From a virus: 64,000 nt of DNA. How positions within the stretch are numbered: the stretch's first letter is position 1; every line of letters begins with the position of its first letter. A program made the position numbers and the translations under genes. Below, one piece after another: positions 1 through 8,789 of the stretch. The stretch lies in the IMG/VR virus record IMGVR_UViG_3300010373_000002, positions 32,001 to 96,000 of that record. One strand, 5' to 3'. The notes under the pieces were generated by a model, which was not told where the DNA came from, did no database searches, and was given only the letters and a program-made list of their open reading frames with translations.

Positions 1-255
1 CATTCTCAGTTTTGGATGCTTGTAGTGTTCGAACTCCTCGATGCGGCCGGCGTAGGCTTTCAAGAGTTCCGTTTTCGCGGCATTTGTCGCGGCGGCGGCC
101 CCTTCCGCTGAAGCCTTGGCGTACACTTCCCGAACATGCGGGTAGCATACACGCTCCCATGTCGCGGTATAGTGGCTGGATTCACCGTCGCCGGAGATTA
201 TCCGCGACAAGTGACAATGCACGCGGATCGTACCATCAATCACGTAATCTTCCAT
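1..255 (-). CDS. hypothetical protein (partial, runs off window start)
   Basis: ATG at 255 preceded by AAAGAGG; frame open to position 1 (MEDYVIDGTIRVH...); absent from ORF track. Confidence 0.65.
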   Translation of the reverse strand, partial: MEDYVIDGTIRVHCHLSRIISGDGESSHYTATWERVCYPHVREVYAKASAEGAAAATNAAKTELLKAYAGRIEEFEHYKHPKLRM

Positions 256-272
256 AGTCGCCTCTTTCGTGG

Positions 273-926
273 TTAGTCGTCTTTCGTGTCAAATACGATA
301 TCAAGTATATCTTGCGCCAATACGTCGGCGCGATCATCGGTATCCTCGTCCTGCTCGTCGGCTAGTTCGAATAGCCGCCGCAAGAGCACGAGAAGCGACT
401 CGGGAGATACCGAACATTCGAGGGTGGAGGTATGCGGGATACCGTTGCATAGCCTTACGCTCGGCGTGTAGCTATCCCCGCGATTGGGACAGTTACACGA
501 TTCTAAATGCGAGTCGATCCCTTGGTTGGCCGCGTGGATAACCCATTGCCGCTCTTGACCGACAAGGGACATCGGGAACGGTTTGCCCTTGCGAGCCGCG
601 ACGATATCGGCGTAGGGGATTCGCTTGCAATTGATATCGGTTAGGTAGTTCGACGGCGGAGCGGACTCTTTGCGCTCGATCAGTCCCGAGACATGGGCGC
701 GGAGTTTGCCGAGCGATTCCGCGTCAAGGTCGCGGTCATCTCCCGCGTACCGTTCCGAATCGACGTAGGACCGGCGAGCGTCAATCTCGCCGATGAGTCG
801 AGTTAAGTTTTCCGGGGTCCGCTCCCATGATTCGGACCCGAAGTTGTATAAGCATACGCCATCGGGAACGCTTCCCCATAGCGCGGCGTATTCTTCCGGC
901 GTAGAACCTTCGATAAGTCGAGACAT
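273..926 (-). CDS. hypothetical early-region protein
   Basis: 3' part of track ORF 273..1190; ATG 926 (MSRLIEGS...) preceded by AAGAGGAA. Confidence 0.7.
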   Translation of the reverse strand: MSRLIEGSTPEEYAALWGSVPDGVCLYNFGSESWERTPENLTRLIGEIDARRSYVDSERYAGDDRDLDAESLGKLRAHVSGLIERKESAPPSNYLTDINCKRIPYADIVAARKGKPFPMSLVGQERQWVIHAANQGIDSHLESCNCPNRGDSYTPSVRLCNGIPHTSTLECSVSPESLLVLLRRLFELADEQDEDTDDRADVLAQDILDIVFDTKDD

Positions 927-984
927 TGCTAGTTCCTCTTGTGAATTCAAAGCGGAGTTACCGGCCCGACGATCGGGCGCGGAG

Positions 985-1179
985 TTATCGGCGGAATTCC
1001 TCGTAACCGTCGAACCAGTCACCCTTAGCCTTCGTTCGTCGCTTAGCGGCGGAACTAGTCGCGGTTCTACTCGACGTTTCGGGGTTGCGGCAATGGGCTT
1101 GCGCTTCTTCCAGGGTAAGGCCGGTTTTGATGGTTCGATGCGAGTAGTCGTTGCGGTAGTGGCGAACGATCTTATACAT
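985..1179 (-). CDS. small phage hypothetical protein (MYKIVR...TGLTLEEAQAHC type)
   Basis: RBS GAGGA before ATG 1179; motif TIKTGLTLEEAQAHC..PETSS..WFDGY recalled from phage early genes. Confidence 0.75.
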   Translation of the reverse strand: MYKIVRHYRNDYSHRTIKTGLTLEEAQAHCRNPETSSRTATSSAAKRRTKAKGDWFDGYEEFRR

Positions 1180-1231
1180 GGAATCCTCATTGTTAAGTGT
1201 TGCGGGAGTGGTCAAGAAAACTGCTTGCGGG

Positions 1232-1711
1232 TTAATCGTAAGAACTATCGCTTGCGCCGAATGGGCCGATAGCCGACAATGCGGCGTCGAGTGTTTTTTT
1301 GGCTAAGTCGTATACTCGACGCTTAGCCTTCACGTCCTCGAAATTGTAGTCCTCGCGGTATTGCTCCGCCGATGACAAGTTTATGAGCACGCCGTTTGAT
1401 AACGATCCGATATAGACCGTCGTTTCATGGTATAAGCACTTAGAAGTTCCGTCGATTGATTCGCCGGCCTTGACCGTGAAAGAGAGAGAGTATTCCGATC
1501 GGTTTTTGTAGACCATGAGATCGAAGTCGTTTTTAGTTCCGAAGTCGGGGAAGTTTTTCGCGACCTCCTTCATTAACTCCCCGTCCGCTCGGATGATCTT
1601 GCATCCAACGAACGGGGTTAATGCTTCGGTTAGAGCGGTGTAGAGTCGGTTCGCTTCACGGTTCGCCCGATTGACGGCGCGGACTTTGGCCTTGAGTTTC
1701 TCTTCTGACAC
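1232..1711 (-). CDS. hypothetical protein
   Basis: 159-aa ORF, GTG start with GAGGG RBS, co-oriented with neighbours. Confidence 0.75.
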   Translation of the reverse strand: MSEEKLKAKVRAVNRANREANRLYTALTEALTPFVGCKIIRADGELMKEVAKNFPDFGTKNDFDLMVYKNRSEYSLSFTVKAGESIDGTSKCLYHETTVYIGSLSNGVLINLSSAEQYREDYNFEDVKAKRRVYDLAKKTLDAALSAIGPFGASDSSYD

Positions 1712-1783
1712 GGTTCCCTCGTTCGGTTAAAGATCGGTGCGCGGGGTTAAGACGACTTGAGACTGTCCTTGATGCTCCACGCA

Positions 1784-2107
1784 TCACTCCTCGTTAAGAT
1801 CGTATTCGAAAATGAGACGGCGGGTTAGTTCGGTCGGGTTGTTGCGGTGCTGTTCTCGGATCGACTCCGCGCCATCGACGGTAAGGTCGAATCCCATCAA
1901 GGCCGGCGAGTAGACTCCTGAACCGATAGGGAAAGAATTAAGACAACGCTTCTGGGCGGCGCAGTAGACCGGAAATTCCACCGGATCATATCCGGCAAAA
2001 ATCGGATCGTCGCAACGGCGGTTCAATTGTTTCGACGCTTCACGCTCGGCACACGCTTTACAGTAGACTTCGCCGGCATACTCGAAAGGATCACGCATCA
2101 CTGACAT
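1784..2107 (-). CDS. hypothetical protein with CxxC motif
   Basis: ATG 2107 after AAAGGAG; VYCKAC. Confidence 0.7.
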   Translation of the reverse strand: MSVMRDPFEYAGEVYCKACAEREASKQLNRRCDDPIFAGYDPVEFPVYCAAQKRCLNSFPIGSGVYSPALMGFDLTVDGAESIREQHRNNPTELTRRLIFEYDLNEE

Positions 2108-2187
2108 TTCATTCTCCTTTGTCGGGTTGAAAAAGATGGACGGGATTAGCGCCACCATCCTAAGAGTGGCGCGGGAGTGTCGGAACG

Positions 2188-3303
2188 TCAAGCGATCTTG
2201 CCGGCCGTTCGCAATTCGGCAATCAGCCGGAGCGTTTCCTCTTTCGGCACACGGTGACAACCGGCGACGATCGTACCGTCGGACGTGATTGCATCAATCG
2301 AGTAGTGGCCTAGATTGATGACTCGCCCGTTCGGCTTGAATGATCGACCCGAAGCAAGCGCGGACTCTATGAAGGGCAAGGCTTGAACGGCGGCGGCAAG
2401 GGGAAAGTTAGCTCCGTGCGAAGTTTCGAGGGTCTCTCCCCGAAGCCTGAGCAATGTGGGAGTGTTAGGCGGGAGTGAAGCGTAGGAAACGTCTTGACGC
2501 CATTGGTCGATGCGTTCGGCGATTTCTGCTAGCCGTTTTTCCTCTTTGCGCTTCTGAAACGCGGCGTTATACTCCGCTCGCAATTCACATGGGAGATACC
2601 ACGAACCGATTTTAATCTCTTCCCTCTTGCCCTCTTGCCACTCGGCGAATTGCTCTAACGCGGTCGCACGGTCCGCGATGTCTTCGAGTCTTTCACGTTC
2701 GGCTTGTTCGGCCTTTCTTTTCTCGCGGCGATCACGAAGGATCGTATCGTATTGATCGAAAGCCGACTCATGCGCGGCGTCATCTTTCGCTGTAGCGTAC
2801 CGGGTCGAGAAACCGAACGCTTCCGAGAAGCGAACAGCTTGCGCACGAACCGAGGCATATGCGCGGAATGCGTTGCGCCGTGTTGCGAGTCTGCTCCCTT
2901 TTGCGGCCGATACCCTATAGAACGAGTCGATGGCTTCGCGGACCTCTTTTTTGAAGTATACGAGGACATCGGCCGGCCTCATGCTAGCCGGGTCGGGAAC
3001 AAGGATAACCGGCATGGACGGCGGGATTGAGTGGCGAACATGCGAGCAATGGCCGGCCGTCGTGATGCTTGCCGATCGCGTTGAGAAGAATACCGCTTTG
3101 CGTTTCGACTTTCCGATATCGACGATGCACGCAATCGGGAAATGGCCGCCATAGCTATAAATCGTTCTGTTCTGAAAGAAGAAATTGCCTTGAGGGTTAC
3201 GAGCGCTCGCTTGCGTCTGGTGCGCCCATAAATGGGCAATCTCTCTAGTCGGGAAAACTTCGCGTGTTCTCTTGCGTTTCGCGGGAGTGGCGAAAGTGGA
3301 CAT
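2188..3303 (-). CDS. phage early hypothetical protein (HLWAHQ/IYSYG.HF type)
   Basis: 371-aa ORF, AGGAG RBS; motifs AHLWAHQTQ, TIYSYGGHFPIA, ETSHGA, VAGCH. Confidence 0.8.
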   Translation of the reverse strand: MSTFATPAKRKRTREVFPTREIAHLWAHQTQASARNPQGNFFFQNRTIYSYGGHFPIACIVDIGKSKRKAVFFSTRSASITTAGHCSHVRHSIPPSMPVILVPDPASMRPADVLVYFKKEVREAIDSFYRVSAAKGSRLATRRNAFRAYASVRAQAVRFSEAFGFSTRYATAKDDAAHESAFDQYDTILRDRREKRKAEQAERERLEDIADRATALEQFAEWQEGKREEIKIGSWYLPCELRAEYNAAFQKRKEEKRLAEIAERIDQWRQDVSYASLPPNTPTLLRLRGETLETSHGANFPLAAAVQALPFIESALASGRSFKPNGRVINLGHYSIDAITSDGTIVAGCHRVPKEETLRLIAELRTAGKIA

Positions 3304-3371
3304 GGAAACTCCTAAGCCGGTTTAACCGGCGACGGTAAAGGAAAGTAAGGACTTGTGAATTGAAACGGGAA

Positions 3372-3860
3372 TTAGTCGTTATCTTTGGATGGGACCACGT
3401 TTCCTTTAATCCAATCCCACCCAGTCGCGCCCATCGCGTTTTGTTGCTTATCCATGTAAAAGCCGAACATGAAATCGGCTTTTTTCATCTCCAATCGAGC
3501 CGACGCGAGAAGCGCGGATAGATTGTTGCCGGATTGCTCTTGGAAAGTCACGCTCGCGCCCGAGTCGATCAAGACTTGGCATCGGCCCTCGTCCGGCATG
3601 GCATCCCATTCCTCTTGGTCGACACCGCAGGACTCGCGACAAGTCTCGACTTGATCGGCTGAACCGACAACAGAGACAATGCCCATCTCAACGAGGTGTT
3701 TTCCCGTTTCGACCGCTTCTCTCGCGCCGACTAATTGATCCCGGCGTCGAACCCGGACATAGAAGCGAAACGGCCAGTCGTAGGACTCGCTATTTTCGCC
3801 GATGATTCGCGACAGCATGATTTTTTCGTCGCTAGTGTCGCATACAGTGTAAAGGCGCAT
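3372..3860 (-). CDS. hypothetical protein
   Basis: 162-aa ORF with AAAGGAG RBS. Confidence 0.75.
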   Translation of the reverse strand: MRLYTVCDTSDEKIMLSRIIGENSESYDWPFRFYVRVRRRDQLVGAREAVETGKHLVEMGIVSVVGSADQVETCRESCGVDQEEWDAMPDEGRCQVLIDSGASVTFQEQSGNNLSALLASARLEMKKADFMFGFYMDKQQNAMGATGWDWIKGNVVPSKDND

Positions 3861-4087
3861 AGCATCTCCTTTGTCGGCGTAGAACGATCGCGACCGTTTA
3901 CGCCGGCCTTTAGGTGGAGTGTCGAACTAGGTTATAGTGATGCGTTTCGCGGTCGCGTCTTGCTCTTTAGAGAAAAACGCGGGGACGAGACAAGAGAGCG
4001 ACACGGTAGCCTGAAGCCTACAAAATGAGACTCAAGGCTAGGGAGTGGCGCGAGCGCGATTAAAGAACGATGATAGAGTCAACGTCT

Positions 4088-4393
4088 TCAATCCGACTCC
4101 GGCCTAGGATCTTCAATCCCGTATCTTGCGAGCAATTCACGCTCCGCGTTCATCCATGCGCAGTGTCGATTACTTGGATCGTTTGCGAGATCGCGAAGCG
4201 TTAGCGCGAATTCTTGCGCGGACTTGTGAACCTCGTTCCCCGCGTTGGTGTAGAAAAAAAGAGAATCGTCGGCGAAGACGAGGTATCCCCAGCCGTCACT
4301 TCTTCCGTTCGGGGAGTGAAATTGCGCGACCGAACGAACATCGTTAGGCTTGATTGATTCTAGCCTTTTGGCGTATTTCTGCGCGAGCGTCAT
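4088..4393 (-). CDS. hypothetical protein
   Basis: 101-aa ORF with GGGGAG RBS. Confidence 0.7.
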   Translation of the reverse strand: MTLAQKYAKRLESIKPNDVRSVAQFHSPNGRSDGWGYLVFADDSLFFYTNAGNEVHKSAQEFALTLRDLANDPSNRHCAWMNAERELLARYGIEDPRPESD

Positions 4394-4593
4394 TGTCGGA
4401 TTCTCCCCTAGTCTAATTGTTGAACATTCTCGTTTATTATTCCGACTCTCGGAATAAGCGAAACGAGGTAGATTATCCCATCGGAGTTATGTTGCTATGT
4501 TGCCGTAAACATCGGCCTCGAAACGGTTTGCGGGATTGATCCTAGAGAGTGTCGGCGCTGATAGGGTTTGATGCGTCGATTTCGTCGGACTCA

Positions 4594-4809
4594 TCACGTT
4601 CCCAGTCGTCGGCTTGCACTCGATTCTTCGGCGTCACGGTCGATCATTGCGCGGGCTTGGTTCGCCCTAGCTTCGTGCCAATCGGCAAGCCGGTTGTTGC
4701 GGTCGCGAGAGTCGCGCTCGGATGCAAGCAGGGCGGCGTAACGCGCGGTCGCACTGTACGCGGACTCGGATGATGCGAGGTAGGATAGTTCGACGACAGA
4801 CATATTCAC
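4594..4809 (-). CDS. hypothetical protein
   Basis: 71-aa helical ORF, GAGGG upstream, co-oriented. Confidence 0.55.
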   Translation of the reverse strand: MNMSVVELSYLASSESAYSATARYAALLASERDSRDRNNRLADWHEARANQARAMIDRDAEESSASRRLGT

Positions 4810-4818
4810 CCTCTCTCG

Positions 4819-5304
4819 TTAGGCGACTTTGAGCGCGTCGATCGCGGTCACTTGGCTCGACATCTCACGCATGATTGTTTCGTACCACCGAACGATGGCA
4901 GAATAACCGCTTGGCCGATGCTTTAATCCGATGAAGGATTCACCGACAGGTAGCATGGATGCACGATATGCATCGACGACCGCCATCGCCGCCGACAAAC
5001 CGAACGATTCGAGCGCGGACCGCTGAAGCTCGCGGACAGCTTGCGGCGATTGAAAATCCTGGCAGTACTTCGCCACAATGTCGCGATCCGCCAAGTCGGC
5101 CTCGCGATGGTACGTGCGCAGCTTGTCGCGAAGCCATGTCCATGCTTGAAAGCTCAAATTTGTTGATCCGTACACTGACGATCCAACCAGTTTGACGAAT
5201 CCGCACGCATTCAGTCTCAACTGAATGTCGGCTTGATCGCACACTTGCAAGATGCGGTCGAACGATTCGAGCGCACTTGCAACACTCTTGTTCACCGGTT
5301 TCAT
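4819..5304 (-). CDS. hypothetical protein
   Basis: 161-aa ORF, AGGAG RBS. Confidence 0.7.
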   Translation of the reverse strand: MKPVNKSVASALESFDRILQVCDQADIQLRLNACGFVKLVGSSVYGSTNLSFQAWTWLRDKLRTYHREADLADRDIVAKYCQDFQSPQAVRELQRSALESFGLSAAMAVVDAYRASMLPVGESFIGLKHRPSGYSAIVRWYETIMREMSSQVTAIDALKVA

Positions 5305-5630
5305 GGTATATCTCCTGTGATCTATAAGCCGGCCGATGGAACCCTCTCACAACAAGAGGGCTTCAATGGCCGGCCTAGCGTGATGAGGCCAGGCCGGATT
5401 GTTGATTCGTTTGGGCGATGTTGGCCGCGCGTGCTATAGCCGGCCAGTGCATCGCATCCTTGGACCGATTCGGCCCGCGACGCGGGCTAGACGGTTAGGA
5501 CTGGCGTCTCACTTCGCTCGCCCGATCACGTATCTTGTGTACGGTGGAGACGCCCCGACAATCGAATTATCAAAGAACATGGATGGCTTGTATTCAGCCA
5601 TCGGATTATTGCTTCCCCATGCGGGGAAAT

Positions 5631-5684
5631 TCGCCCGGTCGGATTCGAACCGACTAGCCGTTTCGGCTCACTCCGTCAGCGCGG
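5631..5684 (-). ncRNA. minimal tRNA-like element (T-arm, short stem, imperfect acceptor stem); not a full tRNA
   Basis: minus strand reads CGCGCTG-ACGGAGTG-AGCCGAAACGGCT-A-GTCGG-TTCGAAT-CCGAC-CGGGCGA; canonical T-loop, no D stem, anticodon arm or CCA. Confidence 0.4.
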
Positions 5685-5695
5685 GGAAAGATGGA

Positions 5696-6058
5696 TCACA
5701 ACCAATAAGCTTCGCGGCCGATCTTGATGATCTCCCCCTCCATCTTCAGCTTTTCGAGCCGCGAGGAGTCCGCGACAGCCTCTTCTCGCGTCGAAAAGCG
5801 CCGCCCGTCTTGCCGACGTTTCCACTCGCCGGAGTGATTTCGGGCGATGTAGGCGAACCAGTCGACGATCGAAACCCCATCGTCGTCGCCACTGATTTCT
5901 TCCCAAGTCGGCTCCTCGATGGCCGGCCCGTGGCACAATGCGATGCATTCTTCCGATTCGGCCACGATTCGTTCCACTTCCGCCATGTCGATCTTGATCG
6001 CGTCCATCTCACTCCCCTTTTCGGTTAGTCGCTTCCATCGTCCACTCCCCTTCGACAC
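5696..6058 (-). CDS. hypothetical protein, first gene of leftward operon (start may be 6007)
   Basis: ORF directly downstream of the strong leftward promoter; AAGGGGAG precedes ATG 6007. Confidence 0.7.
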   Translation of the reverse strand: MSKGSGRWKRLTEKGSEMDAIKIDMAEVERIVAESEECIALCHGPAIEEPTWEEISGDDDGVSIVDWFAYIARNHSGEWKRRQDGRRFSTREEAVADSSRLEKLKMEGEIIKIGREAYWL

Positions 6059-6061
6059 TGT

Positions 6062-6090
6062 AGTTTACGCCGCGAACGATCTACTGTCAA
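6062..6090 (-). promoter_or_regulatory. sigma70-type promoter for leftward early genes
   Basis: TTGACA-N17-TAAACT on minus strand. Confidence 0.75.
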
Positions 6091-6166
6091 GGGAAAATTA
6101 GGAAAACTGGAAAATAGTTCCAAACGGGTCGATTTCCGGTGTACAGTCAAGTGTACAGCGCCCGCC

Positions 6167-6195
6167 TTGACTCTTTGCTATCCAACCTATACACT
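6167..6195 (+). promoter_or_regulatory. sigma70-type rightward promoter
   Basis: TTGACT-N17-TACACT. Confidence 0.6.
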
Positions 6196-6618
6196 CTATC
6201 TATCCAATAGTAAACGTCGATATCGGCCCGTCTCATTGCGCCGTTTCCGCGTAGAATACGTCATTTCGGCCTAGTTCGCGGCCTGTTTTCTCGCTAGACT
6301 AAGTGTCCAACAAAGTACACTATGCCGTACAGTATTGACTTTCCCAGTCAGGCCGGCCTCATGCCGCCGATCGCTCCTTGGTCGGATGATCCACCCCCCG
6401 CGTCTAACGCTCCACAACGGCCTTGGTGCGATCGGCGGCCTTAGCGTGGTCGATTCCATCGCTTGCGGTCCTACGCTCACGTCGTCGCGACCTACGCCGG
6501 CCCTGGGGAATCCGACCTCTTGCGGTCGCGACCTTCGCCGGCCTCCGCCGGTCATCCCGACGCCGATCGCTCCCCTTAATAATGCTCGCGCGCGTGCGGT
6601 TCCTTATAGCTGTCGGGG

Positions 6619-6655
6619 AAGTGATCCGGTGGGTCACAAATTTTAACATACTGAT
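6619..6655. repeat. degenerate inverted copy of the palindrome-containing site at 47769-47805
   Basis: 32/37 identical to reverse complement of 47769-47805; exact 20-mer TGGGTCACAAATTTTAACAT. Confidence 0.8.
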
Positions 6656-6760
6656 ACGTCGATGGTGTAACATCGAACGTATGGTGATGAGAATATATAA
6701 GGGGGTCCCAAATCCGTTGTTGGATAGGATGGATGGGTGGGCGTGGGGGGCGTGCCCCTC

Positions 6761-7020
6761 CCTCTCCCGTGAGTCCCCTCTAAAACATCCTATATCATGA
6801 TCTCTGCGTACTTTGTCCTTTATCAGTTGGCATTCTATATAACAACAAGTTCCTCTCCCGTGAGCAACGCCTAAAACTCTCGTACCTGATTCTATTTATA
6901 TACCTTACCCTTTATTAGTTAGCATTCTATAAAAGAGCAGGTTCCTCTCCCGTGAGTCCCCTCTAAAACATCCTATCCGATGTACTCTTTATATGTACCT
7001 TTACCATTGACATTATTCGA
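6761..7020. repeat. three diverged tandem copies of a 91-92 bp unit
   Basis: CCTCTCCCGTGAG at 6761, 6852, 6944; copies 1 and 3 share CCTCTCCCGTGAGTCCCCTCTAAAACATCCTAT; intervening parts also similar. Confidence 0.9.
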
Positions 7021-7096
7021 TAAATAATATCAGTTATCAAGAGTTTATAAATCTTATCGTCCAACACGATAAACTCTGTATAAATTTGGAGTCCCT

Positions 7097-7332
7097 GATT
7101 CCTTGAAAAAGATAGTTGCCATAAAAGAGACACCCCCCCCTAAAAATTTTTCACTCAGATGTTAGTGGTTCATATTTTCTTAATGATGTTCACAGTAACG
7201 ACTTACGAAAAAAAAGAGCGAGTGAGAAGTTACACTCAAATCACTACATTATAGAAGAAGAGAAATATTCCGGGATTCCTTGAAAAAGGTTTTCGCCCAC
7301 AAAAGAGACCCCCCCCTCTAAAAATTTTCACC
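7097..7332. repeat. two copies of a ~58 bp direct repeat with C-tract, upstream of terS
   Basis: GATTCCTTGAAAAAG..GCC..AAAAGAGAC-C-tract-TAAAAATTTT(T)CAC at 7097 and 7274. Confidence 0.85.
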
Positions 7333-7357
7333 TAAATACTCGCATCAGTGCAAATAC

Positions 7358-7855
7358 ATGAGTGATCTTCCGCAGCTAGGACACGACGGCAAGTTCAACT
7401 TGCCCACGAAGGACTTGAAGCCTTCGCTGACGGAAGCGCTCAACCTGGCGCTCAAGGGTCAATACTACCGCGACGGCGAAGGGAAGCTGGTCGATGTCGG
7501 CGAGAAGGGAGTCATCCTCAAGCGGATCGCCGAGCGGGTTCTCGGCATGGCGCTCGAAGGCAACGAGAAGATGATCGCCTTGGCTTGGGACAGGTGGGAC
7601 GGCAAAGTTCCCCAAAACGTCGCCTTGGACCAATCGACCGTCTTCCACGAGCACATTCATAAATTCCTAGTGTCCGAGGAAGACATCGCCGAAACGGCCT
7701 TGATCCTGGCGAAGATCGGCATCGGCCGCGTCGCGACCCAATCGCTCATGGACCCCACCATCGTCATCGACGCGGAGTGCGAGGATGTCACCGGAGACGG
7801 TCAAAAGCAAATTGGAACCGCTGTCAAGAATGACGATCTCCCGGCATCTCCTTGA
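7358..7855 (+). CDS. terS: putative terminase small subunit (DUF5681-like)
   Basis: SLTEAL..IAERVLGMALEGN..AWDRWDGKVPQ pattern; first gene of the arm upstream of terL. Confidence 0.65.
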   Translation: MSDLPQLGHDGKFNLPTKDLKPSLTEALNLALKGQYYRDGEGKLVDVGEKGVILKRIAERVLGMALEGNEKMIALAWDRWDGKVPQNVALDQSTVFHEHIHKFLVSEEDIAETALILAKIGIGRVATQSLMDPTIVIDAECEDVTGDGQKQIGTAVKNDDLPASP

Positions 7856-7959
7856 TCCGAACCCTTGGGGCATGAAACTTATCAGGATGTCTTGTCCTGA
7901 ATTCACGATCAACTTCTTGAACGCCGCAACCTTTGTAGATACGCGAGAATTAAAAAGCG

Positions 7960-8205
7960 ATGGAAGTAACTTCTACGCTGACGCCGGAAGAGATAGAGAA
8001 ATCGAAACTGAATCAGCTTTCACTGGGCAATTCGATTCTCGGCATGACGGCTAAAATCGGCGACTCTTTATTCGTGGACTTGCCGCCCGACTTCAAAGGC
8101 AAGGTCGAACTGAAATACGACCCCGAGTCGAACCACTGGAAAAGCGATTGGTTCTCGCCGGAAACTTTGGAGCGGAACGATGATCCCGATGATTCCCAAT
8201 CCTGA
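7960..8205 (+). CDS. hypothetical protein
   Basis: 81-aa ORF in operon orientation. Confidence 0.5.
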   Translation: MEVTSTLTPEEIEKSKLNQLSLGNSILGMTAKIGDSLFVDLPPDFKGKVELKYDPESNHWKSDWFSPETLERNDDPDDSQS

Positions 8206-8392
8206 GCCTTACAGGATCGGCGAGACTCCTCCTGTTTATCCGTATGAGGTTTCGACGATTTACGATCCTCAGTTCGTTTGGCGAATCGCCACTTGGGACG
8301 TGCCTGTTAAAAAGTATGGACTTCCGATTCCGATGAATCCGAACATCACCTACAAATATACCTTCACTGAACAATACAGTCACACTTACTAA
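8180..8392 (+). CDS. hypothetical protein
   Basis: 70-aa ORF, GGAG RBS. Confidence 0.5.
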   Translation: MIPMIPNPEPYRIGETPPVYPYEVSTIYDPQFVWRIATWDVPVKKYGLPIPMNPNITYKYTFTEQYSHTY

Positions 8393-8416
8393 TTTCTCTC
8401 TTTCTTTGAGGTACGC

Positions 8417-8788
8417 ATGGCTCGTAAAAGCGCAATGATCGTGGACAATGATGCCGATGTGGAAACGCCTGAATTCGACATTCCCGAAGTCGAGACCGAC
8501 GACGTTGACGGCGATTGGGTTGAAACAAACGAAGACTTGAACCGCCGCGAACCGGATCGGAACGTGACCCAGGTCCGCATGTTTAGGTACTTGAAGCCGT
8601 CCAAGGAAATGTACCGGACGCTCTTGGAACTCAAGAAATGCGGTTCCTTGTCGCGAATCCGCTTCGTGGGCAACCAGTACATCGCCACCGACGACAAGAC
8701 GCAACAGGAATGCGTGCTGCCGTTCCATGTGGTCGCCGAACGCTACTTCCAGAACACCGGCAAGAAACTGAAACGGCCGGTGAGCTAA
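8417..8788 (+). CDS. hypothetical protein
   Basis: GAGG RBS; ends 1 nt before terL. Confidence 0.7.
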   Translation: MARKSAMIVDNDADVETPEFDIPEVETDDVDGDWVETNEDLNRREPDRNVTQVRMFRYLKPSKEMYRTLLELKKCGSLSRIRFVGNQYIATDDKTQQECVLPFHVVAERYFQNTGKKLKRPVS

Positions 8789-8789
8789 C

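Noticed and set aside
5631-5700. Functional tRNA gene or attP-type tRNA 3' end
   Set aside because: No D stem, anticodon arm or CCA; no integrase in the window; kept only as a tRNA-like element
6761-7020. Mini-CRISPR array
   Set aside because: The sequences between the conserved heads are homologous to each other and ~58 nt long, so this is a tandem repeat; no cas genes in the window
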